Shown piece after piece: positions 1 through 9,950 of a stretch of 64,000 nt of DNA. Made by a program: the position numbers and the translations under genes. The stretch's first letter is position 1; each line of letters opens with the position of its first letter. Below the pieces are notes generated by a model, which saw only the letters and a list, made by a program, of their open reading frames with translations, was not told the origin of the DNA and did not search any database. Location of the stretch: positions 1 through 64,000 of the IMG/VR virus record IMGVR_UViG_2511231028_000004. One strand, 5' to 3'. The stretch comes from a virus (taxonomy: Duplodnaviria > Caudoviricetes).

Positions 1-1698
1 ATGAGCTTTTTGAACAATTTGAAAATCGTGTGGAAGGTTGCGCTGATCGTGACCGTGATGGGCTGTGCGATGGTCGCCGTTGCCGGCTTCGGCACGCGCG
101 AACTGTCCGCGACGGTCGACGGGTTCGGCGAACTCTCCGCGGCGCAGTCGTCCGCGCTCAACCTGACGCGGGCCCAGCGCCGCGCCGAGACCTATCACGC
201 AGCGCTCTATGCGGTCCTCACCGAGGCGACCGAGGCGGGCAACGCCAACCGTCTCAGGATCGCGACCCAGAACCGCGATGAAATCCGCCAATATCTCGAC
301 GCAGCCGAGCAGGACGATCCGTCCCGCGCGAGCCAGATCAAGAGCATCGGCGACCAGTTGAAAGCGGTGTTCGCCGGCTGCGACCCGGTGCTGAAGGCCG
401 GCTCGCAGGCCAGCACGCCCGAGGAAAATGCCAAGGCCGCCGAGCGTGCGCACAAGGAGTGCGACCCGGTCATGGATGCGGCGCTGGCGCGCATTGCCCA
501 GTTCGTCAGCGAGACCGCGCAGGCGGTCAGCAAGCGCAGGGACGCCATCAACCGCGATGCCCGGTCCGCCACCTGGACCGTGGTCGGGGTCAGCGGCGGC
601 GGCCTGATCCTGGGGATCGCGATCGCGCTGTTCATCGGCCTCAACGCCATGTCCCGGCCAATTGCCCGCCTCAAGCTCGCCATGGAAGGCCTTGCCCGCA
701 ACGACCTCAAGATCGAGGTGCCCGAAAAGGAGCGCCGCGACGAGATCGGCGACATGGCCAAGACGGTCGAGATCTTCAAGACCAACGGGCTCGAGGTCGA
801 ACGCCTCAAGGCGGCCCAGGCCGAAGCCGAGAAGCTGGCCGCCGAGCAGCGCAAGCGCGACATGATCAACCTCGCCGACGGCTTCGAACGTGCGGTCGGC
901 GAGATCATCGAGACGGTGGGCTCGGCATCCACCGAGCTCGAAGCGTCGTCCTCGACGCTGGCCACCACCGCGCAGCGCGCGCAGGAGCTGACCTCGGTCG
1001 TGGTGACCGCGTCGGGCGAAGCCTCCGGCAACGTGCAGTCGGTTGCGACCGCCACCGAAGAGCTGTCCTCCTCGGTCAACGAAATCAGCCGGCAGGTGCA
1101 GGAATCCGCGCGGATGGCGGGTGAGGCCGTCACCCAGGCCCGCACCACGACCGAACGGGTCAGCGAGCTCTCGGTCGCGGCCACGCGGATCGGCGACGTC
1201 GTCGAGCTGATCAACACCATCGCCGGCCAGACCAACCTGCTGGCGCTGAATGCCACGATCGAGGCGGCACGCGCAGGCGAAGCCGGCCGCGGCTTCGCGG
1301 TCGTCGCCTCCGAGGTGAAGACGCTGGCCGAGCAGACCGCGAAGGCGACCGGCGAGATCAGCCAGCAGATTTCCGGCATCCAGTCGGCGACCCAGGAATC
1401 GGTGAACGCGATCCGCGACATCTCCGCGACGATCGAGCGGTTGTCGGAAGTGTCGTCGACCATCGCCGCGGCCGTCGAGGAGCAGGGCGCCGCGACCCAG
1501 GAGATCTCGCGCAACGTGCAGCAGGCCGCGCACGGCACCCAGCAGGTCTCAACCAACATCACCGACGTGCAGCGCGGCGCGGCCGAGACCGGCTCGGCCT
1601 CCTCGCAAGTGCTCTCGACCGCGAAGATGCTGGCGACCGACAGCAACCGGCTGAAGGACGAAGTCGGAAAATTCCTCCGCACCGTGCGCGCCGCTTAA
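1..1698 (+). CDS. Methyl-accepting chemotaxis protein (TM-sensor-TM-HAMP-MCP signal)
   Basis: Two TM segments, HAMP (RRDEIGDMA), signalling hairpin [34 protein letters not shown]. Confidence 0.96.
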   Translation: MSFLNNLKIVWKVALIVTVMGCAMVAVAGFGTRELSATVDGFGELSAAQSSALNLTRAQRRAETYHAALYAVLTEATEAGNANRLRIATQNRDEIRQYLDAAEQDDPSRASQIKSIGDQLKAVFAGCDPVLKAGSQASTPEENAKAAERAHKECDPVMDAALARIAQFVSETAQAVSKRRDAINRDARSATWTVVGVSGGGLILGIAIALFIGLNAMSRPIARLKLAMEGLARNDLKIEVPEKERRDEIGDMAKTVEIFKTNGLEVERLKAAQAEAEKLAAEQRKRDMINLADGFERAVGEIIETVGSASTELEASSSTLATTAQRAQELTSVVVTASGEASGNVQSVATATEELSSSVNEISRQVQESARMAGEAVTQARTTTERVSELSVAATRIGDVVELINTIAGQTNLLALNATIEAARAGEAGRGFAVVASEVKTLAEQTAKATGEISQQISGIQSATQESVNAIRDISATIERLSEVSSTIAAAVEEQGAATQEISRNVQQAAHGTQQVSTNITDVQRGAAETGSASSQVLSTAKMLATDSNRLKDEVGKFLRTVRAA

Positions 1699-1737
1699 GC
1701 CCGGCGCGGCGGCATCCGCCCGCCGCGCTGACAGCGC

Positions 1738-1857
1738 CTATTGCATCAGGACTGCAAGCACGACGATAAACAGCACGGCCGTCATGATGACGGCCGTAGC
1801 CGCTCCGGCGACGATCTTGGCGTTCTCGTTGGCGGTGTTGGGGAGCATGGCCTGCAT
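1738..1857 (-). CDS. Small single-TM membrane protein (39 aa), not in ORF track
   Basis: Manual translation MQAMLPNTANENAKIVAGAATAVIMTAVLFIVVLAVLMQ*; fills the intergenic gap. Confidence 0.5.
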   Translation of the reverse strand: MQAMLPNTANENAKIVAGAATAVIMTAVLFIVVLAVLMQ

Positions 1858-1945
1858 GCTACCTCATGTTGAACTTCGGTCCAATCTGTGGTCAGTGGCC
1901 GTCCCGCGGCGACGAGCGCCGGCGTCGACTGCCGAGTAACGCCCC

Positions 1946-2664
1946 ATGGATGAAGACGACAGCGACGGCTGGGCCGCGTCTGCGGCCGCCTGGATCATCG
2001 AGCAGGGTGACGACGGCGATTACGGCCGCCGCTTCGTGCTGGACGCGCCGATGCGGGCCCGCATCGAAGGGCGCGGTTTTCGCAATGCGCTCGACGTCGG
2101 CTGCGGGGAAGGGCGCTTCTGCCGCATCATGCAGCGCGCCGGTATCCGCACCACCGGCATCGATCCCACGGAAGCGCTGCTCGCGCGCGCCAGGGAGTTG
2201 GACCCGCATGGCGACTATCGGCTCGGCCGGGCCGAGACGATGGAGGCTGCCGCGGAATTCGATCTGGTCGTGAGCTATCTCAGCCTGATCGACATGCCAG
2301 ATCTCGGCGCCGCGATCGCGAAGATGGCCGCGGCGCTGCGACCGGCGGCACGCTGCTGATCGCCAACCTGACCAGCTTCAACACGGCGGGGCAGCCCGAC
2401 GGCTGGACGCCGGACGGCGAGGGCGCCTTGCGCTTTGCGATCGACCGTTACATGGACGAGCGGCCGATCTGGGTGAGCTGGCGCGGCATCCGGATTCAGA
2501 ACTGGCACCGCCCGCTCAGCACCTACATGACGCTGCTGCTCGGCCACGGCCTCCAGCTGCGCCTGTTCGTCGAGCCGGAGCCCAGAGGCGGCGACCCCGA
2601 CAGAAATGCGCTTCATCGCCGGGTGCCTTACTTCCACATCATGGAGTGGCAGAAGCCGGCTTGA
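1946..2664 (+). pseudogene. Class I SAM-dependent methyltransferase, frameshifted near 2344
   Basis: LDVGCGEG motif I in 1946..2359. Adding one G after CGA-CCG restores RPGGTLLIANLTSF and joins the 2428..2664 frame. Confidence 0.85.
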
Positions 2665-2745
2665 GGACGACGGGATGAAGATTTCGGCTGCCACGCCACG
2701 CCTGCTAAGGTGGTCGCGACGAACGCATGATGTGAGGATCGGCCG

Positions 2746-3459
2746 ATGATCGCAAACCGTCCGCCCGTGCTCGCCCACGAACGCTTCGCCGCCGACCGCG
2801 AGAACTTTGCGGGCCTCGATCTCGCCGCGCGGTTCGAGCGGATCGAGCGGACGAACCTGTGGGGCGCGACAACCTCGGTCTCGGGCCTCGGCTCGGAGGA
2901 CCCCGCGACCGCTGCGATCCGCGATGCGCTTCCTGCCCTGCTGCAAGAGCTCGGTGTGCGCTCGCTGCTCGATGCGCCCTGCGGCGATGCGGGCTGGATT
3001 GGCCGCATCAAGCTCGATATCGACTACACCGGCATCGATATCGTGCCGTCGCTGATCGCAGCCAACGGAGCGCGTGCGGCCCGCGGCGAGCTCGCCGGCC
3101 GCTTCCGCGTTGCCGACATCACGCGCGATGCTCTGCCGCAGGCCGACATGATCCTTTGCCGGGACTGTCTGGTGCATCTGAGCTTCGGCAACATCGCCCG
3201 TGCCGTCACCAACTTCCGCGCCAGCGGCGCGCGCTTCCTGCTGATCACGACCTTTCCCGAATGGGATGCCAATCGCGATTGCGAGGACGGCGACTGGCGC
3301 GCGCTGAACATGGAGGCCGCGCCGTTCAACTGGCCGGCGCCGCGCGAACTGATCAACGAGCGCTGCGAGGAGGGCGCTGGCGGCTGGCGCGACAAGAGCC
3401 TCGGGCTGTGGCGGCTCGATGAACTGCCGGAACCGCAGTTCCAGACGATTATCCGCTGA
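2746..3459 (+). CDS. Class I SAM-dependent methyltransferase
   Basis: LLDAPCGDAGW motif I, YTGIDIV, ADMILCRDCLVHL. Confidence 0.85.
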   Translation: MIANRPPVLAHERFAADRENFAGLDLAARFERIERTNLWGATTSVSGLGSEDPATAAIRDALPALLQELGVRSLLDAPCGDAGWIGRIKLDIDYTGIDIVPSLIAANGARAARGELAGRFRVADITRDALPQADMILCRDCLVHLSFGNIARAVTNFRASGARFLLITTFPEWDANRDCEDGDWRALNMEAAPFNWPAPRELINERCEEGAGGWRDKSLGLWRLDELPEPQFQTIIR

Positions 3460-4486
3460 CCGCGACGGCGGCGGCTGTCGCGCGACGCCGGTCGGCGAGC
3501 CGGTTTCCAACCGCGATGAACGGCGTCTCGATCAGGCGCCAGGTGAGGCTCGATGTCACGCAGCACACCGCGAGCGCACTGAACCGCCAGACTTCGCACA
3601 GCCAGTTCGGCAAATGGCTGAACTGCTCGCCGAGCCACCAGCCATAGTACAGGATGATACCGTGCAGGAGATAGATCGAGTAGGAGGCGTCTCCAACCTT
3701 CACCAGCCAATGCAGGGAAGGGTGCGTCCAGGGCAGTTTGACATGGACCAGGCCCAGCAGCATGACGGTGAGGCACAGCGTCGTTGCGAACGCAAAGGAT
3801 AGCGTCGGCGCCAGCCAGAGCGATATCAGCGCCAGCGTGCCGCCGCCGAGCGCGCACCATGCGGCGAGTGGTGCGATTCCCACATGCCGGCTCAGCATGA
3901 ACACCAGCACGCCTCCGAGGAAATCGGCCTGATAGGTCGAGACCAGGTGGAACGACCACGGATTGCCGAAGACATATCCCGCCCAGGCGAGAGCAGCGAG
4001 CACCAGCGCAAGCCCGCGAACGCCGACCAGCGGGATCGTCAGCGCCGCCAGCGCGTAGAAGACGATCTCGCGCTCGAGCGTCCAGCTCACCGAGTAGGCG
4101 GGCGATCCCGCCTGGGGCAGCAATGTCAGGGAGTACAGATATTGCCCGAGCGTGACGGGATCGGGATGCTTGCCGGCCCAGATCATCAAGGCGATGACAC
4201 CCATGACCGTCCAGTACAGCGGATAGAGGCGGAAGGCGCGCTTGATGAAGAACGCGCGCAACGTGAAGGATGGTTTGGCGACGACCAGACAGATCACATA
4301 GCCGCTGATGGCGAAGAACAGATCGACGCCGAGATGACCCCAGTCGCTCAGGAACGGGATCGGGTGCTGGGCGAAAGACGGGAATGACCGGGTCGCGACA
4401 TAGGAGTGATAATAGGCGACACTGAGCGCAGCGATCGCGCGGGCGGCCTGCAACCCCTCGAGCTTGTGTTCATTTGCCATATGCAA
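3449..4486 (-). CDS. Acyltransferase family 3 (polysaccharide O-acyltransferase)
   Basis: LQAARAIAAL..YH, GVDLFFAISGY, RAFRLYP, WTLEREIVFY, GDASYSIYLLH; multi-TM. Confidence 0.93.
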   Translation of the reverse strand: MHMANEHKLEGLQAARAIAALSVAYYHSYVATRSFPSFAQHPIPFLSDWGHLGVDLFFAISGYVICLVVAKPSFTLRAFFIKRAFRLYPLYWTVMGVIALMIWAGKHPDPVTLGQYLYSLTLLPQAGSPAYSVSWTLEREIVFYALAALTIPLVGVRGLALVLAALAWAGYVFGNPWSFHLVSTYQADFLGGVLVFMLSRHVGIAPLAAWCALGGGTLALISLWLAPTLSFAFATTLCLTVMLLGLVHVKLPWTHPSLHWLVKVGDASYSIYLLHGIILYYGWWLGEQFSHLPNWLCEVWRFSALAVCCVTSSLTWRLIETPFIAVGNRLADRRRATAAAVAVSG

Positions 4487-4594
4487 CCAAGACTAGTTTG
4501 GGTCCTCAAGCCTGTCAAACCGCGGGCAATGCAGCCGGGCAGGGTGTGCGCCGTGCGTCCCGCAGGTGAGAAGCAAGGAGCAGGAGTGTCTTCG

Positions 4595-5014
4595 ATGATC
4601 GATGCCAGATGCGGTTGCGGTGCCGTTGCGCTTTCGCTCCCTGGGCCAACCAAACTGGTGGTGGCCTGTCATTGCATCGATTGCCAACGGCGGACCGGAG
4701 CGCCGTTCGGGGTCGGTGCGTTCTACCCGGTTGAGGCCGTCACGATCTCCGGGGCGCCGAAGGAATATGTTCGTGCCGCCGAAAGCGGGGGCAAGGTCCG
4801 CTTCTATTTTTGCTCCGCGTGCGGCTCGACGGTCTATTGGAAGGCCGACAATCTGCCAGCGATGATCGGCGTTGCTGTCGGCGCCATCGCAGATCCAGAT
4901 TTTCCCGCGCCGATCAAATCGGTGTTCGAGCGATCGAAACATGCATGGGTTGACGTCGGCGGGGCAAGGGTCGAGCGCTCCCAGCAAAGCAGTGTGCCGA
5001 GGAGCCCAGGCTGA
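4595..5014 (+). CDS. GFA family (glutathione-dependent formaldehyde-activating / CENP-V) protein
   Basis: CGCGAV, CHCIDCQRRTG, FCSACGS zinc motifs. Confidence 0.92.
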   Translation: MIDARCGCGAVALSLPGPTKLVVACHCIDCQRRTGAPFGVGAFYPVEAVTISGAPKEYVRAAESGGKVRFYFCSACGSTVYWKADNLPAMIGVAVGAIADPDFPAPIKSVFERSKHAWVDVGGARVERSQQSSVPRSPG

Positions 5015-5062
5015 GGATCTCGCACGTCGCGGCAGGCCAGGCCCTGGCGCCGAGATATTGGA

Positions 5063-5400
5063 TCATTCCGTCAGCGATTGGCCGGAAGCCGCCTCGCGCG
5101 GTGAGATCGCATTGAGAGCGGCCGTCAATCCAATTCTTTCGGCGAGCTCGCGCTTTGTCCTCAAGGAGAGGTTGCGGCGAAGATGTCCGCCGTCACGCGA
5201 AAGAAACTCGCCGTTGATGGCGACGTCACAGGCGTCAGCGCTGCACAATTTTTCTGTCGGTGTCAGCACGATGGTGTTGAGAACCGATGCCGCAACGTTT
5301 TTCAGCATTGTGTCGGTTTCGGTCGAAAAATTCCGGACGGCGACGGCAGCGGCGCCGCCCCCAAGAATGAACTGGAGATGGTCACCGCAACAGCACGAAG
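5063..5400 (-). pseudogene. C-terminal remnant of SGNH domain (AT3-associated type)
   Basis: TPTEKLCSADACDVAINGEFLSRDGGHL resembles the LC-x4-C...R-D-x-x-H end of SGNH domains; no N-terminal part; left boundary from ORF stop, right boundary approximate. Confidence 0.55.
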
Positions 5401-5725
5401 ACCATCGATATTGGACCGATAGCCCGGCTTGACTGAAAGTTTCATTCCAAACGCAACCCAGTGTTTTTAATTGGTTGCTTGATAGCATTGCAACCCAAAC
5501 TTGAGCAATGCCGACATGCCTTGTCGGGCGCGCTATTCGCGCAGCGTCAGGCGAGCGAATGTTCGCGGATTTCGCCGATTGCGGTTGCGACTTTTGGACG
5601 CTCAAGCCTGGGCTCAGCGCGTGGGGCGGGGCGCGGTGCGATATGCCAGGCGAACGCCGATCAAAGCCGTCGGGGGTTGGCGTGCCTGCCGATACAAGCC
5701 GCCGTGGCGGCCGCGGGATCGAGCG

Positions 5726-5773
5726 TGGTGCCGGCTGAGGGGATTGAACCCCCGACCTTCGGTTTACAAAACC
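5726..5773 (-). repeat. Prophage att core: 3' half of tRNA-Thr(UGU)
   Basis: Minus strand GGTTTTGTAAACCGAAGGTCGGGGGTTCAATCCCCTCAGCCGGCACCA = anticodon loop (TGT), T arm, acceptor 3' strand, CCA; no 5' half; next to the integrase 3' end. Confidence 0.9.
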
Positions 5774-5827
5774 CGGCGAACACACGGGATGTCGAATGTG
5801 AAAGCTACTGAAGCGCAGGGACTTCTT

Positions 5828-7027
5828 TTAAGGTTTGTGATCCTGAACCGAAGGTCGGTTTCCTGATTTCGATCCTGCTGCGGTCTTGCCGAGAGTGACC
5901 GTCTGCACCTCCTCCGGCGTCAGATAGGCTAGGTACATCTCGGTCGTCTTGATCGATGTATGGCCCAGCCGCTGCTGCAAAACATAGATGGACCGGCCGC
6001 TTTTCAGCCAGTTGACGGCGTGAAGGTGGCGCAGATCGTGGAACGGGAAGGGCCGAAAATCCTGATCCTGTTTTTGGGCCTGTTCGGCAACGGCCTCGAC
6101 GATGCGACCGAAGTTCGACGAGGCCTGGCGATACCGCTCCGCCCTCCGCTGTCCAAGCCGGCTCCGAGGGCCAGCCTCTGCCCGGTGCCAGAACAACGCC
6201 TTGGTCTCGATCGAGGCGGGCAGCGAACTCAGAACCTCGAATCCGAAGTCTTCTCCGGCGTCGATCAGGTCGATTACGCGCAGCTTGTTGCGCTTTCCAA
6301 TGATCGTGAGCTGCCGGCGGTCCCGATCGAGATGGGCCCGGTCGGCTTTGACGAGCTCGTCCAGGCGCGCGCCGGTCTTGAGGGCGGCCCGGATCATGCC
6401 GGCGAACAGTGCCGGGGCGCGCTCGATCACCATCTCGACGTGGGCCATCAGCGGCAGGACGATCGGGTCGCGCCGTTCCTGCAGCCGCGATCGGCGCCGG
6501 CGGCCCGGCTTCAGCCACGTGATGACAGGGTTATCGTCGCGCCAGCCCTCATCGACCATCCAGTCGCAGACGCTTGAGAGGGCCGTGAGGTCGCGTTTGA
6601 TGGTGGCTATCGATGCGGTCACCGGATGCTTACGGCCCTTCGGCACGGCCGGCACGTCGCGGCGGCTCTCGACGATGCTTCCAATCAGGGCTTTGTCGAT
6701 CTCGTCGACGTAGAGGCCTTGCAGATGCGGCGCCAGAACGTCCAGGGACGTCACATAGCGCTTGAAAGTGCTCTCGCTGATCTGCGTGGGGATGAACTTT
6801 CCCCAGCCCTGCAGCGCCTCCTCAAAGGTGCGGCGCTGGTCACCATAGCGCTGGGTGGCTACCGCGCGGTCGCGCTCCGCTTTGCGGCGGCTTCTCGCAA
6901 CTGCCGGATCGTCTGTGCGTAGAGACCATTTGACGTCGAGTCCGCCGGTTTGAATGCGGCCGTAGAGGACGCCGTCACGCCAGAAACAGCCCTTTGGAGC
7001 CTTCCGGCCTCCCTTGCCCTTTGGCAT
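5828..7027 (-). CDS. int: Tyrosine recombinase / phage integrase
   Basis: TGARLDEL (R), GKRNK, FHDLRHLHA (H-x-x-R), LGHTSIKTTEMY (H, Y). Confidence 0.96.
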   Translation of the reverse strand: MPKGKGGRKAPKGCFWRDGVLYGRIQTGGLDVKWSLRTDDPAVARSRRKAERDRAVATQRYGDQRRTFEEALQGWGKFIPTQISESTFKRYVTSLDVLAPHLQGLYVDEIDKALIGSIVESRRDVPAVPKGRKHPVTASIATIKRDLTALSSVCDWMVDEGWRDDNPVITWLKPGRRRRSRLQERRDPIVLPLMAHVEMVIERAPALFAGMIRAALKTGARLDELVKADRAHLDRDRRQLTIIGKRNKLRVIDLIDAGEDFGFEVLSSLPASIETKALFWHRAEAGPRSRLGQRRAERYRQASSNFGRIVEAVAEQAQKQDQDFRPFPFHDLRHLHAVNWLKSGRSIYVLQQRLGHTSIKTTEMYLAYLTPEEVQTVTLGKTAAGSKSGNRPSVQDHKP

Positions 7028-7218
7028 ATCTCGGTCTCACGCGCATGGTTGTACTGGTCGAGCAGGGCGGCATCAAAGGTCCAGATGCCGCGGGGTTTGG
7101 CGGCGCCGGGGATCTGGCCCCGGGCCGCCATGTCCCGCACTGTACGGGCCTCCAGGCCAAGGATCGAGACGGCCTGGGCGATTTTTACCCGCTTTCTTGG
7201 AAGGTCGGCAGTGCTCAT
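6859..7218 (-). CDS. xis: Excisionase-like HTH protein
   Basis: VKIAQAVSILGLEARTVRDMAARGQIPGAAK..GIWTFD (HTH_17/MerR-like), directly upstream of int and overlapping it. Confidence 0.8.
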   Translation of the reverse strand: MSTADLPRKRVKIAQAVSILGLEARTVRDMAARGQIPGAAKPRGIWTFDAALLDQYNHARETEICQRAREAGRLQRAVSGVTASSTAAFKPADSTSNGLYAQTIRQLREAAAKRSATAR

Positions 7219-7475
7219 CGTAGACACCCCGGCTGCCGGCACACCTCCCCTTGGACCGCCCCGCACGCCAAGCAGCTGCCGTCAAGGTCCACCTCGTCGG
7301 TGGCGCATCGCTGTGGCAAATCCTCATCCTCGCGGGTGCCGCGCTCGATGGTGACGATGGAATGGAGCATGCCGGCGACCATGGCCTCGCAGGCGTCAAG
7401 GTCGAGATGGCGCACGCCGCGCGCCATCAGGTCGCGTTGCAGGGCGCAGGCCATGGAGATGCTGACGATGCTCAT
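7215..7475 (-). CDS. Hypothetical phage protein, Cys-rich C-terminus
   Basis: Stop/start overlaps with neighbours; CLACG..C..C. Confidence 0.65.
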   Translation of the reverse strand: MSIVSISMACALQRDLMARGVRHLDLDACEAMVAGMLHSIVTIERGTREDEDLPQRCATDEVDLDGSCLACGAVQGEVCRQPGCLR

Positions 7476-7675
7476 TGAGGCCGCTCCGAAAGGTCGTGGG
7501 GGCCGCTGGCGCGCATCATGGCGAGCATGTCGTCATGGGCGTCCTGGCGCTCTGTTGGGGTCGCGAACGGGCCGAGTGCGGCCCAGTGACCGCGATCGAC
7601 GTAGATGTCGAGCCAGTACTGGCCGATAGCCTGGCGGTGGACGTATTCGACGAGGCTGCCGAGCTTTTCGGTCAC
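7472..7675 (-). CDS. Hypothetical phage protein
   Basis: 4-bp overlaps on both sides. Confidence 0.7.
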   Translation of the reverse strand: MTEKLGSLVEYVHRQAIGQYWLDIYVDRGHWAALGPFATPTERQDAHDDMLAMMRASGPHDLSERPQ

Positions 7676-9690
7676 TCTGCTGCCTCCATGAAAAGAGGCA
7701 TGGGCGCCATCGGCCGGATGGGTCGTCGTACCTTGCGCGGGATGTAGTTCGCGCCGATCAGATCCTCGGCCTCAGGCGGGCAGACCGAGTTGCCGCACAT
7801 ATAGCCCTGCTGCTCGGCTGTAAACTTGATCTCGGTGCCGTCCTCGAGGACGCCTCGGTCGATGATGTAGTCGGACCGGAAGCCCTGCGCCGTGAAGCGC
7901 TCGCGCGCCGTCAGCATCCGCATGCCGATGTCGACGATGACGAAGGTGATGCCCTCGATCTCGACGGTGACGAACTCGCGATCGTCCCAATAGCCGTGTG
8001 CCCTGAGGAAGTCGGCGACCTTGCGGGCCTTGTCCCAATGCTCGGGACCGAACGGCGGAAGCGCTGCGGTTGCCTCGACCAGGCCGAAGCGCGGTTTGGC
8101 CGTCACCGTGTGAAGCGGGTCATCGGCACTCTGGCTCGGTGTTCCTGTGCCGTAATATTTGGCGAGGAAACCCATGATGGCAGCGTGGTGCAGTCCGCCT
8201 GATGTCGTCGTGTGCAGCGGGACGTCAGCCGGTGCACCGCGGCGGTCCGTGCCGTGCATGTTGACCATGTGAACCGCAGCGAGGGACTGCTGGCTGCCGG
8301 CGGCGGTGATGGTCGAGACCGGTTCGTCGACGGGGTGGCCGGCGTTGCCATGGCCTGTGCGGCCGTCGATGTTGTGCTGCGCCATGAAGGCTGCGACGAC
8401 GCTGAGGTTTGCACCGCCGGCGGTGAGCGTGTGGGCAGGCTTCTCGGCCTCGTTGAAGGGTTTTTGCGAGTTGCGCATCGTGGCGAGATGGACCGCGGCG
8501 ACACGGCCTTCGTTCCCACCGGCCACGATCGTAGCCAGCGGCTCATTCGCAGGTCGGGTCCGGGGATCGTGTCCCGGCTTTTCCATGTAGCGAGGGACCA
8601 TCATCGGCGCGACGATGCAGAGGTCCGGCTTTCCTGTCTGCGTGATGATCGGTTCACCGGCGCCCTTCGCCTCGGTCTGCGCCGCGCGACCGCCGCAGCC
8701 AGCCAGCACCGGCGAGACGATTGCGAGCTCGCCTCGTTTGGCTGTGGTGATGGTGCGCAGCGGCTCGTCTGCACTGTGTGTGCGCGGCGGTCCGCTATGG
8801 GTAATTGGCACGATGAAGGGCCGCGCGGCTTCGAGGACGTAACGATGCGTTCCCTTGGCGACGCGTGCCATGGTGTTCTCGACGAGCGGGCGAATGGCGC
8901 GGATGCCGTACTTCGCCTTGATCTCTTTGGCGGTGTCGAAGATCGACGGGCAGGGCAGCGACCAGTCGATGCAGTCGGCGGCCGTCTTCCATGGTGTGAG
9001 AAGTCCAGCCGCGATCTTGGCGGCGTCCTCGGCTTCGTTTGGATTGCCGCGCGTCGGTTCCGGCCAGACGATCGGCTCGCCGTCGCGGCGCATGATCATG
9101 TAGAGCCGCTTGCGGATCGTGGCGGCCTGCATCTTCCGGCCGGCGCGCCAGGCGCGGCGCTCGCGCCATTCGACGACGTAGCCGAGCGCTTCCCATGAGG
9201 CGACGAATTGCTTGAAGATGACGCCCTTCTGGATCGGGCAGCGCTTCCCTCCTTCGAGCAGCGGCGACCAGTCCTGGAACTCCTCGACGTTCTCGAGGAA
9301 GACGATGCGGGGCCGCTGCCATACCGGCAAGGCCTTGACCCAGCCGAAGCAGGCCCAGGCGAGCCCGCGGATGTTCTTGTCGCGCGGCTTGCCGCCCTTC
9401 GCCTTGCTGTGGTCCTTGCAGTCCGGCGACATCCAGAGCATGCCGACCGGCCGGCCATCGCACATGCTGATGGCGTCGATCGTGACGACGTCTTCGACGT
9501 AGTGCTCTGTCTTGGGATGGTTGATGCGGTGCATCGCCAGCGCGAACTTGTCGTGATTAACGGCGATCGTGGGCGAAAAGCCGAGAGCGGCTTCGTGGCC
9601 TTCCGACGTTCCGCCGCCGCCCGCGAAGCTATCGATCGTAATCTCGTCGAGAAGTTCAAAACCCGTCAGATCGAGGCCGGTCCTTATCAT
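7672..9690 (-). CDS. DNA (cytosine-5)-methyltransferase
   Basis: DSFAGGGG (I), SPDC (IV), LENV (VI), C-terminal RMLTARE..QGF and GNSVCP; start at ATGA overlap 9690. Confidence 0.93.
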   Translation of the reverse strand: MIRTGLDLTGFELLDEITIDSFAGGGGTSEGHEAALGFSPTIAVNHDKFALAMHRINHPKTEHYVEDVVTIDAISMCDGRPVGMLWMSPDCKDHSKAKGGKPRDKNIRGLAWACFGWVKALPVWQRPRIVFLENVEEFQDWSPLLEGGKRCPIQKGVIFKQFVASWEALGYVVEWRERRAWRAGRKMQAATIRKRLYMIMRRDGEPIVWPEPTRGNPNEAEDAAKIAAGLLTPWKTAADCIDWSLPCPSIFDTAKEIKAKYGIRAIRPLVENTMARVAKGTHRYVLEAARPFIVPITHSGPPRTHSADEPLRTITTAKRGELAIVSPVLAGCGGRAAQTEAKGAGEPIITQTGKPDLCIVAPMMVPRYMEKPGHDPRTRPANEPLATIVAGGNEGRVAAVHLATMRNSQKPFNEAEKPAHTLTAGGANLSVVAAFMAQHNIDGRTGHGNAGHPVDEPVSTITAAGSQQSLAAVHMVNMHGTDRRGAPADVPLHTTTSGGLHHAAIMGFLAKYYGTGTPSQSADDPLHTVTAKPRFGLVEATAALPPFGPEHWDKARKVADFLRAHGYWDDREFVTVEIEGITFVIVDIGMRMLTARERFTAQGFRSDYIIDRGVLEDGTEIKFTAEQQGYMCGNSVCPPEAEDLIGANYIPRKVRRPIRPMAPMPLFMEAAE

Positions 9691-9950
9691 TGACCTGCCT
9701 CGCACATCTCCATCGCCACCACATGCTCGGTCGCAACCTGCCTTGCATCAGTGACCAGCGCGTGAACCTCGAAAGGCGCGTAGCCGAATGACGCCAGCAC
9801 CATGATGGAATCGGAGTGGTCGACGAAGGCGCCGGTCTCGACAAGGCGCGAAGCCATTTCGGCGACCTTGGCGATGCGCTGGGCGCGGACGGCATCGAGG
9901 AAGAGGGAGCCGTCGATCAAGGGATGTATGGTGATGACGCTCATCTGCAT
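9687..9950 (-). CDS. Hypothetical phage protein
   Basis: Coupled to neighbours by TGATG/ATGA overlaps. Confidence 0.7.
   Translation of the reverse strand: MQMSVITIHPLIDGSLFLDAVRAQRIAKVAEMASRLVETGAFVDHSDSIMVLASFGYAPFEVHALVTDARQVATEHVVAMEMCEAGQ

Noticed and set aside
207-1682. Long antisense ORFs opposite MCP, ParB (25268-27130) and tail genes
   Set aside because: Expected from GC3-biased codon usage; no RBS or recognisable domains.
1775-1797. 11-bp inverted repeat ACGGCCGTCAT-G-ATGACGGCCGT
   Set aside because: Lies within a small host ORF (TAV-IM-TAV) with no second copy; no function can be supported.
5726-5773. Functional tRNA-Thr
   Set aside because: The 5' acceptor strand and D arm are missing; it is the att duplication.
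5063-5785. 240-aa ORF as an intact gene
   Set aside because: Its N-terminus is the translated tRNA shadow (NRRSGVQSPQP); only the C-terminal SGNH-like part looks real.
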